Below are positions 35,655 through 44,330 of a stretch of DNA of 52,248 nucleotides, piece by piece. Made by a program: the position numbers and the translations under genes. The stretch is from a virus (taxonomy: Duplodnaviria > Caudoviricetes): positions 1 through 52,248 of the IMG/VR virus record IMGVR_UViG_3300009420_001906. One strand, given 5' to 3'. Position 1 is the first letter of the stretch. Each line of letters starts with the position of its first letter. The notes beneath the pieces were generated by a model. It worked only from the letters and a program-made list of their open reading frames with translations, was not told the origin of the DNA and made no database searches.

Positions 35655-37220
35655 CTATTGCTCTTCTGGTTCAGTTTGATTCCATGGTGCTTCAGGATGA
35701 GACCCCCCGCCGGGTCCAAAGTCCTGTTCATCACTGGATTCTTGATCCATAGATGACTTCATATCAGCTATCTCTTGCTCGTTTAATCTTAGTATATTCT
35801 TACGTACCCAGTCTTTCGAGAAGTATGTTCCAGTGTGTTGAACAAGAGCATCTAACGTTTGTAGTCTTTCTCTTACAACTTCTGAATCTTTTAATTCTGC
35901 GAAGTGATTGTCTTCAACGTAATCAAACTTAACATAATGAATAGCGTGATGCCATTCATCTATTGTCATAACACTCTTAAGTGCTAATTGTTTCTCTAAC
36001 GCTTTAATAAATAATAGGCTGAATCGTAATCTTAATCTTCTGATAAACTTATTAAATTTAAGTTCATCTCTTGAAATCTCTGATGCTCTGCCTAGAGTGA
36101 AGCCAGCGTCTGGCTCTAATCTACTAACAGGCACATTAAGAGATCTATATAATTTCTTTTTAAAGTATTCTATATCTTCCATCTCACCTAGATTTTGTCC
36201 ACCAGGTAAGGTTGTTATTTCTGTCCCTCTGCCGCCTTCTCTTCTAGGTAGCCAGAAATCTTCCATCATAGTCATAAACTTACGATCATCTCTGATCTCT
36301 CCTGAAGCAGCATCGTAGACTAATCTGTTCTTATGCTTAGTCATCATATCTCTTAGATATTGTTCTGCCTTCATTTTAGGTAAGTTACCTACGTCGATAT
36401 AAAAGATTCTTCTCTCAGGGGCTCTCGATATTCTGTAGATGACTGATGCATCCTCTAACACTTGTAATTGGTTAAGAGGTTTAATAGCTTTATGCAAATG
36501 CGATAAAACCATTTTATTGTATTCGTCTGTTAAGCCAGATGTAATATGTAATATACTATCCTTGGCTATTTTAAGTCCTTGTGCTCCGCCCGCTACAATT
36601 GGGTCCGGTGACATAGTTGACTTGGAGTGGAACCCTTTATCATTAAAAATATAAAATTCATTTATAACTTTAACAACCGGTACACCGCCTTGCTTGACTT
36701 TCTTAGTTTCTCTAATAAGTCTGATCTTTCTTGGATCAATATATCTTAGCTCTTTTATACCTTCTTCAGGCTTATCTTCATCGATGACTGCATGGAAATA
36801 CATACGACCGTCAACGTACCACTTACGAAATAATTCGTAGCCGCCTTGATTGAGATAAAGTAATTCAGATATTTTTTTGAATTCTGCATCGATAAGATTT
36901 TTAACCTTAGTGCTAAAATCGGTACCATCTAAATTAATATCAACTACTGGCTGAGTAGGATCTGATATAATAGTTTCATTAATGATATCGTCGATTGCAT
37001 GTTCGACTTCAGGTTGTAAAGACATCTTACGATAGCGAGTAACCAATTCAGCTTCGTTCTTTGCCGTACCTTCTAGGTCTACGTACGTTCCATACATGCC
37101 ACCTGTAGTGGTAACATTAACAGCTCCGTCATCGTACTGAGGTGTGACAAAAGAAGGTTGCGTCTTAGACTCTTCTTCCGCTTGCTTACGCTTTATTTCA
37201 AAGCCAAATAATTCAGCCAT
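35655..37220 (-). CDS. gp20: Portal protein
   Basis: MAELFGFEI, WYVDGR, YIDPRKI, RAPERRIFYIDVGNLPK, EDFWLPRREGGRGTEITTLPGG. Confidence 0.98.
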   Translation of the reverse strand: MAELFGFEIKRKQAEEESKTQPSFVTPQYDDGAVNVTTTGGMYGTYVDLEGTAKNEAELVTRYRKMSLQPEVEHAIDDIINETIISDPTQPVVDINLDGTDFSTKVKNLIDAEFKKISELLYLNQGGYELFRKWYVDGRMYFHAVIDEDKPEEGIKELRYIDPRKIRLIRETKKVKQGGVPVVKVINEFYIFNDKGFHSKSTMSPDPIVAGGAQGLKIAKDSILHITSGLTDEYNKMVLSHLHKAIKPLNQLQVLEDASVIYRISRAPERRIFYIDVGNLPKMKAEQYLRDMMTKHKNRLVYDAASGEIRDDRKFMTMMEDFWLPRREGGRGTEITTLPGGQNLGEMEDIEYFKKKLYRSLNVPVSRLEPDAGFTLGRASEISRDELKFNKFIRRLRLRFSLLFIKALEKQLALKSVMTIDEWHHAIHYVKFDYVEDNHFAELKDSEVVRERLQTLDALVQHTGTYFSKDWVRKNILRLNEQEIADMKSSMDQESSDEQDFGPGGGSHPEAPWNQTEPEEQ

Positions 37221-37249
37221 TTGTGATCTCCATTATAAAAAAGAAGATT

Positions 37250-37272
37250 GCCAGACTAATTGATAGCCTGGC
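37250..37272 (-). terminator. Stem-loop between gp19 and gp20
   Basis: GCCAGGCUA-UCAAU-UAGUCUGGC followed by a pyrimidine/U-rich run. Confidence 0.55.
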
Positions 37273-37287
37273 TCTCTTTCAATATAT

Positions 37288-37833
37288 TTATGTGCCCGCG
37301 TTTCCAGTTGCACCAGATACAGTCCAGTAGTCGTATTGAAAAATACAACTGAATTGTTGGATCTGATCTACAGCTTCCCAATCTAATTGAATCTCTTCAA
37401 TTTGAGCTGGATAAATTCCTACGAACTTATACTCTCTGATCGGTACCCCAGTTTTACTAAACTGAGTTACTGTTGCATCTGACTTATACGCAGAAGGACT
37501 TGCACTACCAAACCCTCTTACATTTTCTTGATGGGCGTTTATTTCATGTGACCAAGCTTCTAATGCATTTCTGATTAAAAAGTCTTCGTCATTTAAAATT
37601 GTAACAGGCCATTCAGCGAATGTTCTGTCCCCAGCAATTTTTAGTTTCCTTCCAAAGTAAGGTACTTCAATTAACCCTAACGTTGAGGCTGGGATCTGAG
37701 AAGCTCTGATTAAAAATGGAGCCTTCAAGTCGCCAGCTGATTCAGCCGGGTTATTTATTCGTACTTGGAATAAGGAAGGACGTGCGCCGCCTAATGTAAG
37801 CTGCGATCTAATTTCGTTTATATTAAATGCCAT
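37288..37833 (-). CDS. gp19: Tail tube protein
   Basis: GGARPSLF, GRKLKIAGDRTF, NDEDF.IR, YDYW. Confidence 0.96.
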   Translation of the reverse strand: MAFNINEIRSQLTLGGARPSLFQVRINNPAESAGDLKAPFLIRASQIPASTLGLIEVPYFGRKLKIAGDRTFAEWPVTILNDEDFLIRNALEAWSHEINAHQENVRGFGSASPSAYKSDATVTQFSKTGVPIREYKFVGIYPAQIEEIQLDWEAVDQIQQFSCIFQYDYWTVSGATGNAGT

Positions 37834-37843
37834 GTCTTACTCC

Positions 37844-39934
37844 TTAAAATTTTCCAACTACTTCACTAAATTCTACACCCGATCTAACGGCTACAAAGTT
37901 TAGTTGAATAAAGTTAATTGATCTAGCAGGTTTGATATAAATATCTCCTACAAATTCGTTTCTGTCGATTACTTCGCCAGTGTTGTTTGAATCGTTACAT
38001 ACAACCCTAAAGTCATATATTCCTCTTCGCCCTTGAACATCTCTTAAGAAAGGCTCAACTAGGTTAACAAACTGTGATCTAGTAAACTCATCATTGAACT
38101 CGAACAATGTGAAGTTAGAAGCTGTACTAATTGCTTTCTCTAGAACGATGAATAAACGTCTTACGTTGATTCTATCGAATGCAGAAGGCTTACTTAGCAA
38201 TGTCTTATCACCAAATAGAACTGTTCCCTGACCTGGGAATGCAACTACTGGGTTAACACCTGCTTTGTAAAGTACATCTCTATATGCTTGTCTTGGGTTG
38301 AACGCTAACTTAATTACGTTTTTGATCTGACCTCTATTGAAACCACCTGGTGAAAACCAAGCATCTCTTTCGTTGTCAGTTCTAGCACAAAGACCAGCTA
38401 CGTCGCCATTTAATGGGACCCATCTGTAAACGTCGTTGTACTTATCGTAAGCGTATTTATAACCACTATCTAACATAGCATAAGAAGACGATCTACAAGT
38501 GTTTCTAAATGCGACGACATTGTCTGCTGCTGTTGAAGGGGCTGTAACGTCTACGACATCCGCTTTGTCTGGCGAACCAAACGCAACGCAATCTTTTCTT
38601 ACTTCGCAAATATTATCGATTACGTAGTTAAGTAATGCTTCACCGTTGGTGCCGCCTTTACTCTTACCTATCATTACTAATGATACATCTACATCTGCTC
38701 CGTCTGAGAACAAGTCGTAACCAACTGCTATATCTCCTAATGAGATACTAGATTCTGTGCTACCATCTAGGCCACCTGCGAAGTCAAGCTTCACCGGAAG
38801 TGCTGTAGATAATGCAGTCAATCCAGAAGCAATTCCTGGTGTGTGACCTGATACTGAATTTACAAAGTAAATCCATTCAGAAGCATCGTTAATTTTGTCG
38901 TAGTAATAAGTAGATTCGCCGCTTTCGTTTTTAGCGTCAGTGGCTCTTGAAAGAGCTTCCCATTTCTCAAGAATTGTTTCTTGAGTTCCGGTAATGTCAC
39001 CAGCTTCATCTACTACTACAACATGAACTTCATCACCTGCGCCGCCTTTTCCAGCTGCGTAAGTTGATGTGCCTGGAGCATTGTCGAATGAATCGCTATA
39101 CTTCCAGAACCTTTGTATTGTTCCTGTACTATAATCAGTAGATAATGTGAATCTATTATTTAATGTAACCGTTCTGCTAGCTGTAAATACACCACTGCCG
39201 TCATCGACATATGTATCTGAACCTGCTGCAGCTATTGATTTAATGCTTAACTTCTGTTCACCTATAGAAGAGTTACCTACTTTAACTAGGTCTCCTACTT
39301 GTAAATCAGCAGCAACACCTGTCAATAAGGTTGTTAATGTAGCGTTTGCAACACTACTTGATGCGCCTTTCAATGCTATGGTTGCACTAGTGCTACCAAT
39401 ACTGAAAGACATTTTTGTAACTGTATCTGATGTTGCAATGTCTGCGTTTGCACTTGCAGCGCCGCCGTTAATTAAAACAACGTTGCTTTGCCAAGCACTC
39501 GTACTATCACAAACCTCTACTCGTAAACCATTACCCCTAACACCGACATATTTTGCCGCGGTGATATGAGCATCGTTAGCAGCAGTTACTGCAGCGTCAA
39601 GAGAATCTGAATTCTTTAAAGAGATTCCAGATGTATTCCCGCCTGCAACAACACCAGTAGCATTTCTTGCTGCTGATGAAACTGTTCTAACAACGTATAG
39701 TTTATTTCCATAAGACAAAAAGTTGGCAGCAGTGAAAAAAGTCTCTGCGTTGTCAGATGTTGGTTCCCCAAATCTAGCAACTAAAGATGTTTCACTATCA
39801 ACTAGGACTCGCTGTTCAGCGGGACCCCAATTGAATACGCCAGCTATTGCGCCTTCTGTAGTAGAGACTGCAGGTACGACTGTGGTTAAGTCTATTTCGC
39901 TTACATTTACACCAGGACTAACTTGAAATCCCAT
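37844..39934 (-). CDS. gp18: Tail sheath protein
   Basis: SPGVNVSEIDLT, WFSPGGFNRG, SAFDRINVRRLF, KPARSINFIQLNFVAVR. Confidence 0.98.
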   Translation of the reverse strand: MGFQVSPGVNVSEIDLTTVVPAVSTTEGAIAGVFNWGPAEQRVLVDSETSLVARFGEPTSDNAETFFTAANFLSYGNKLYVVRTVSSAARNATGVVAGGNTSGISLKNSDSLDAAVTAANDAHITAAKYVGVRGNGLRVEVCDSTSAWQSNVVLINGGAASANADIATSDTVTKMSFSIGSTSATIALKGASSSVANATLTTLLTGVAADLQVGDLVKVGNSSIGEQKLSIKSIAAAGSDTYVDDGSGVFTASRTVTLNNRFTLSTDYSTGTIQRFWKYSDSFDNAPGTSTYAAGKGGAGDEVHVVVVDEAGDITGTQETILEKWEALSRATDAKNESGESTYYYDKINDASEWIYFVNSVSGHTPGIASGLTALSTALPVKLDFAGGLDGSTESSISLGDIAVGYDLFSDGADVDVSLVMIGKSKGGTNGEALLNYVIDNICEVRKDCVAFGSPDKADVVDVTAPSTAADNVVAFRNTCRSSSYAMLDSGYKYAYDKYNDVYRWVPLNGDVAGLCARTDNERDAWFSPGGFNRGQIKNVIKLAFNPRQAYRDVLYKAGVNPVVAFPGQGTVLFGDKTLLSKPSAFDRINVRRLFIVLEKAISTASNFTLFEFNDEFTRSQFVNLVEPFLRDVQGRRGIYDFRVVCNDSNNTGEVIDRNEFVGDIYIKPARSINFIQLNFVAVRSGVEFSEVVGKF

Positions 39935-39991
39935 ATTATGTCTCCTCTAAAAATCAATAAATCGTCTGATTATATTTATTAAAACCGGTGG

Positions 39992-41614
39992 TTAGAAAAC
40001 CTTGTCTCCTGTCTCCCAGTCAATTATTTCCATACCCCCTGGTACGTCTTCGTGGCCATCATCTATAAACCCTAATGGTAACATATCCTCTTCATGCTGT
40101 GCAGCACTCTGCCCTTGAATATGTTTACGTATATCAGTGCTTGTTATTTCCTTATAGTAGTCTTGTATACTTAACCATCCATAAAGAACTAAACACATAA
40201 CTAAATCATCATGCCCGCCATCTGCTTCCCATGATTCACCTTTTTGCGTAAAATGTGTTAACTCTTCTAGGATTTTAAAGTCAGAGATAATCAGCTGATC
40301 ACTCTCGATTAAAGTCTTAAGATTCAAACAACCGTTCCGCTTAACTTGCTTCGTTGTTCTAACACCAAAATACTGTCCACCTGCGCCAAACCCTGATGAA
40401 AGTACTTGCCCTGCTCTTCCTCTAGCAGCTGACATAAGAACGTTTTCTACTTCTAATTCATTGTGCAGACTCTCGACTACACTCATACCAATATCGTTTG
40501 ACTCTACTAATATATAGGCATTATTGTATTGCTTGGCCATCGATTGCAATACAACTGGATAATTCATTGGGCTTATTGTATTGTTCTGATACACACATAC
40601 TACTCTATGAGGTAATTCAGTAATATCTAATACTACACATGCCGAATAATCATTGTTAACCCCACGCGCCGTGTCAACTACCATCTGATAAAGATGATCT
40701 TTCTGAGCGCTTTCAAATACTCTTATACTTTCGTTTGTAAAGATTGGATTCTCATATACGAGCCGCTTTAATACTGACGGGCTTATTAATGTATTTGAGC
40801 TTCCTATGAATTCACATTCGAACTCAACTCTAAACTGATCAGCAGAAGTATTTCTGATGGTCATTTCTCTCCACTTCTCATCTCTTCCAGGAATGTCAGA
40901 CCAATGAACGTCTATTCTTTTATAGTCATTTAGTTCATTTTCACTATCATTCCATATCTTATAGAATAGATTCATTCCATTAGGTGTGGATGTTATTAAT
41001 ACTTTAGAAGTATTACCAGATGAAATCGTAGGATATACAGAAGCAAAAAACTCTTCCTGTATATGCATTGGAACGAATGCAAACTCGTCTAAGTAAATAA
41101 GGTTAAATGATCCACCTCTAATAGCTGATGCTGATGTAGATGCAGCTAATATCTTGGAACCATTTTCTAATTCTACGTTACCTTTGTTCCATTCTACTAC
41201 ACCTAGTTGTAACCATCTTGGTAAGTGTTCGTATGCTAAAGATATTCTTCCTAATATTTCTCTTGATTGTTGAGACTTATGAGCAAGAATAGCTAATGAA
41301 AACGATTCATGGAACATTATATACCATAATAGCACAGCTGCGACTGTTGTCGTCTTACCTGACTGTCTAGGCATCTTACATATTACAAATCTTTCTTCTG
41401 TAATAAGATCAACTATATCTTCTTGAAAATCATATAAGTCAAAAGGAATTAAGCCTTCATCTATATTGACAATCTGTATATAGTTATTAATAAAATAGAG
41501 CGGAGATTTACTACACTTAATAAATTCACTAACTTGCTCTGGAGAAAACTCCTGAGGAACATTGGCGCGTTTAAGGTTTGGATTTCCTAGGTAGTTCTCT
41601 CTAACTTGATTCAT
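39992..41614 (-). CDS. gp17: Terminase large subunit
   Basis: YLGNPNLK, PRQSGKTT, YLDEFAF, STPNG, HDDLVM. Confidence 0.97.
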   Translation of the reverse strand: MNQVRENYLGNPNLKRANVPQEFSPEQVSEFIKCSKSPLYFINNYIQIVNIDEGLIPFDLYDFQEDIVDLITEERFVICKMPRQSGKTTTVAAVLLWYIMFHESFSLAILAHKSQQSREILGRISLAYEHLPRWLQLGVVEWNKGNVELENGSKILAASTSASAIRGGSFNLIYLDEFAFVPMHIQEEFFASVYPTISSGNTSKVLITSTPNGMNLFYKIWNDSENELNDYKRIDVHWSDIPGRDEKWREMTIRNTSADQFRVEFECEFIGSSNTLISPSVLKRLVYENPIFTNESIRVFESAQKDHLYQMVVDTARGVNNDYSACVVLDITELPHRVVCVYQNNTISPMNYPVVLQSMAKQYNNAYILVESNDIGMSVVESLHNELEVENVLMSAARGRAGQVLSSGFGAGGQYFGVRTTKQVKRNGCLNLKTLIESDQLIISDFKILEELTHFTQKGESWEADGGHDDLVMCLVLYGWLSIQDYYKEITSTDIRKHIQGQSAAQHEEDMLPLGFIDDGHEDVPGGMEIIDWETGDKVF

Positions 41615-41999
41615 CTAATTCTTTTTTTATAAGCTTTTGAAGATCGCCGGTACTTCCGACGAACAGATTATTATTAACTGTATTAGGGTTCTTAACTGCT
41701 TCCCCTGTTATGTCTTGTTTCTTTTTAGTTAAATCCATTAGCGCTATGTTTGCGTCAGATAATGTTCTGACTAGTGTAGCCACTACTTCGTAAGCTCTCG
41801 GGTGCTGTCCTTGCTGTGCTACTTGTAGTAGATCAGTCAAAGCATTGGACCCATTCTCAATCACTTGGTAGAGGTTGCCTCTAGCATATTCAAAATCATT
41901 GTCTATTTTAGAATCTTTAACAAGCTGATTGGCTTGTTTTATATCTTTCTTGATTGGTTCTAATTCTAAAAATTCACCAATTGCATCATTATTATCCAT
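41601..41999 (-). CDS. gp16: Terminase small subunit
   Basis: DFEYARGNLY, HPRAYEV, NNNLFVGST.DLQK. Confidence 0.95.
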   Translation of the reverse strand: MDNNDAIGEFLELEPIKKDIKQANQLVKDSKIDNDFEYARGNLYQVIENGSNALTDLLQVAQQGQHPRAYEVVATLVRTLSDANIALMDLTKKKQDITGEAVKNPNTVNNNLFVGSTGDLQKLIKKELDESS

Positions 42000-42822
42000 T
42001 AAAAGTCTTCTCAGTTATATAACCAAAGCTATCATTAGCGTTAATACTATTAGTATTTATACTTACGCTAGAATTAGATGTTGCAACACCGTTAGCATCT
42101 AAACCTGGTTTAACAACAACCTTACTGGCTACAGATGTAGCGTCCAGTTTAAAGACGCCTGTTGCACCTGGGTCAACATGGAACTGAGTATTAGCTGATC
42201 TGATAAGACCTTTCTGATCTTTAACATTTCCAAATACAAAACCTTTTACTACAAAATCTAAAGTATGTATTAATACTCTTCTTGTTGTATAGTCTGCTTC
42301 ATATGAATCTTCTGTATTTAATCCTTGGAATATAACTGGGACATCAAGAACAAAATCCATATTGTCTATAAGCTTTAGTGTTGCTGTAAATTCAGGAGTA
42401 AAGAATGGTAGTATCTGTTCTAGTATTCTTACTCCATCTTCAGCATTCTTAACCATAATAGCTAACTGAAAACCTATATCAAATGGTGTTGGTGTATATG
42501 TAGATAACAGATTATTTGTATCGTCTGTCTTAGCTTGATAGATTTTTTTAGTTGGTGACAGTCTTCTTTCAGCATCGTATTGGAATGCTGTCATCTCAAA
42601 TGACATACGAGGTAACTGCAATGCCACCTTTCTGTCGAGATTAGCGTCCACATCAAGCCTTTCTATAAACTTCTGCCTAGGACCGTAGGAGATAGGGACT
42701 CTCAAGGTCTGCTGCACTGTTCCAGCACTGTCCACTCGATCTATCTCTAAGTCATTAAATAAAGTCCCGAAGTATATAACATACTTCCTAATGACTCCAT
42801 TATAGAATTTTTGGCCGAACAT
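41992..42822 (-). CDS. gp15: Tail sheath stabiliser/terminator
   Basis: FGTLFN, VPISYGP.QKF, LPRMSFE, EQILPFF.P. Confidence 0.95.
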   Translation of the reverse strand: MFGQKFYNGVIRKYVIYFGTLFNDLEIDRVDSAGTVQQTLRVPISYGPRQKFIERLDVDANLDRKVALQLPRMSFEMTAFQYDAERRLSPTKKIYQAKTDDTNNLLSTYTPTPFDIGFQLAIMVKNAEDGVRILEQILPFFTPEFTATLKLIDNMDFVLDVPVIFQGLNTEDSYEADYTTRRVLIHTLDFVVKGFVFGNVKDQKGLIRSANTQFHVDPGATGVFKLDATSVASKVVVKPGLDANGVATSNSSVSINTNSINANDSFGYITEKTFNG

Positions 42823-43574
42823 TATAGTACTCCTTCACTGAATGGATTAATATCACTAAAGTCAATAAAGCCATCTGCTGTATCCTCAAACATGGTTGAG
42901 TCATCATCTTTATCGACTAGTCTCTTATCGTAGTTATCGTTTATAAACGACACTCCATTCTCTGCTGTTACTATGACTCCAGCCTCTGTTGTAATAGTAG
43001 TAGCGTCTAATTGATAGTCTTGTGAATTATCAACTTCAATATTATCAATTAATGCGACACCTGTATCAAGCCTTTCTTCTGAGTAGTTAAATCTCTCTAA
43101 TGTAATGTCGTATGTTTGTAGGTCGCCCATTTGATAGAACACTGCATCATGATTAACAAATTTAATCTCGAACAATGCTCCTGTCGCTGTAGGAAGAGAT
43201 CCTTTGACCCAAGGTAAAAATATTAAATCACCTTCTCTTGGTCTTGTTATTTCTGGCTCAAACTCTTCTATTTCTTCTTGGAACTTTCTTCTTGCAACTG
43301 TGAGTACCATTTGGTCTTGGATTTGTAAACCAAATCTAGACATGAACTCACCTTCGCCTTCAAACCCTTCAACTGATTTAATATACATCTCAATTGGATA
43401 AGTAGTTTCGAATTTAGAAAGAGGGGCTTCAGAATATAACTGATCAGTCTCAACTCTGTTTCTTGGAAGGTACAGAGTCTCCTGCCCGTAGATAGAAATA
43501 GATTCTATTACGAGATCTTCTATTAAGCGAGCTTCTCCGCTAGCTTCGTAATTCTGAAAGAAAGTGCTTCGCAT
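42822..43574 (-). CDS. gp14: Neck protein
   Basis: EDLVIESI, YLPR, RPREGDLI, FYQMG, DFS..NPF. Confidence 0.95.
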   Translation of the reverse strand: MRSTFFQNYEASGEARLIEDLVIESISIYGQETLYLPRNRVETDQLYSEAPLSKFETTYPIEMYIKSVEGFEGEGEFMSRFGLQIQDQMVLTVARRKFQEEIEEFEPEITRPREGDLIFLPWVKGSLPTATGALFEIKFVNHDAVFYQMGDLQTYDITLERFNYSEERLDTGVALIDNIEVDNSQDYQLDATTITTEAGVIVTAENGVSFINDNYDKRLVDKDDDSTMFEDTADGFIDFSDINPFSEGVL

Positions 43575-43580
43575 TAAACA

Positions 43581-44327
43581 TTATCCGATCATATCAGATA
43601 CTGGAAGACTGTAACTTGAAATCATCTCTTGTTCTAACTGATTGATCTCTCGCTCTGCATCATCCATTATCTTGGTTCCATTAAATTGTACGCCGCCAGG
43701 TAATTGCATTCCTTCAAATTTCGTTAAGTTTGATCCCCATTGATATTTGATTTTTGCTGATGCATAGCTTAGCAACCATCTATCTTTATAGACATTAGTA
43801 AATGTTTCTGGGTCTACTATCTGGTATGCTTCTGCTATGATCTTTTCACCCACCTGCACCTTTTCCCAATCCATGTCTACGTATAGTCTATTAACATGTC
43901 TGTTATATCTGATTGGCTGTCTGCCGACTAATAGCTCTTCAATAAATTGAATGTGTTGCATATTAGTATAGTATGTTACTAGGGATTGATTGAAAGAAGT
44001 TAGATCGTACAAATCATTCAAAGCAATTTGATATCTAATATTGAATAGATTATTTGTTGATAGTGAATCACCAATATCAAAAATTCTAACAACTCCAATA
44101 ATATTTTCTGGAACTGTCAGGTATCTATTTGTAATGTCAGAGGCGCCCACTGTCCATTTATAGTAGTCTTTTACGACACCGTCAAAATGATAATCCCAAT
44201 AAAATTGTAATGCTTCGTCGATTCTATCTTCGACCTGCATGTCCTCAACATTAATTTCGATTACAGGGTAACCTAATTTTCTTAAGCAGTATTATTTAAA
44301 TGCTACTCTACTTGCTGGAAGGGCCAT
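43581..44327 (-). CDS. gp13: Neck protein, interrupted by an in-frame TAA at codon 12
   Basis: MALPASRVAFK*YCLRKLGYPVIEINVEDMQVEDRIDEAL...KYQWGSNL.KF.G.QLPGG; ORF track starts only at 44240. Confidence 0.9.
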
Positions 44328-44330
44328 ATA

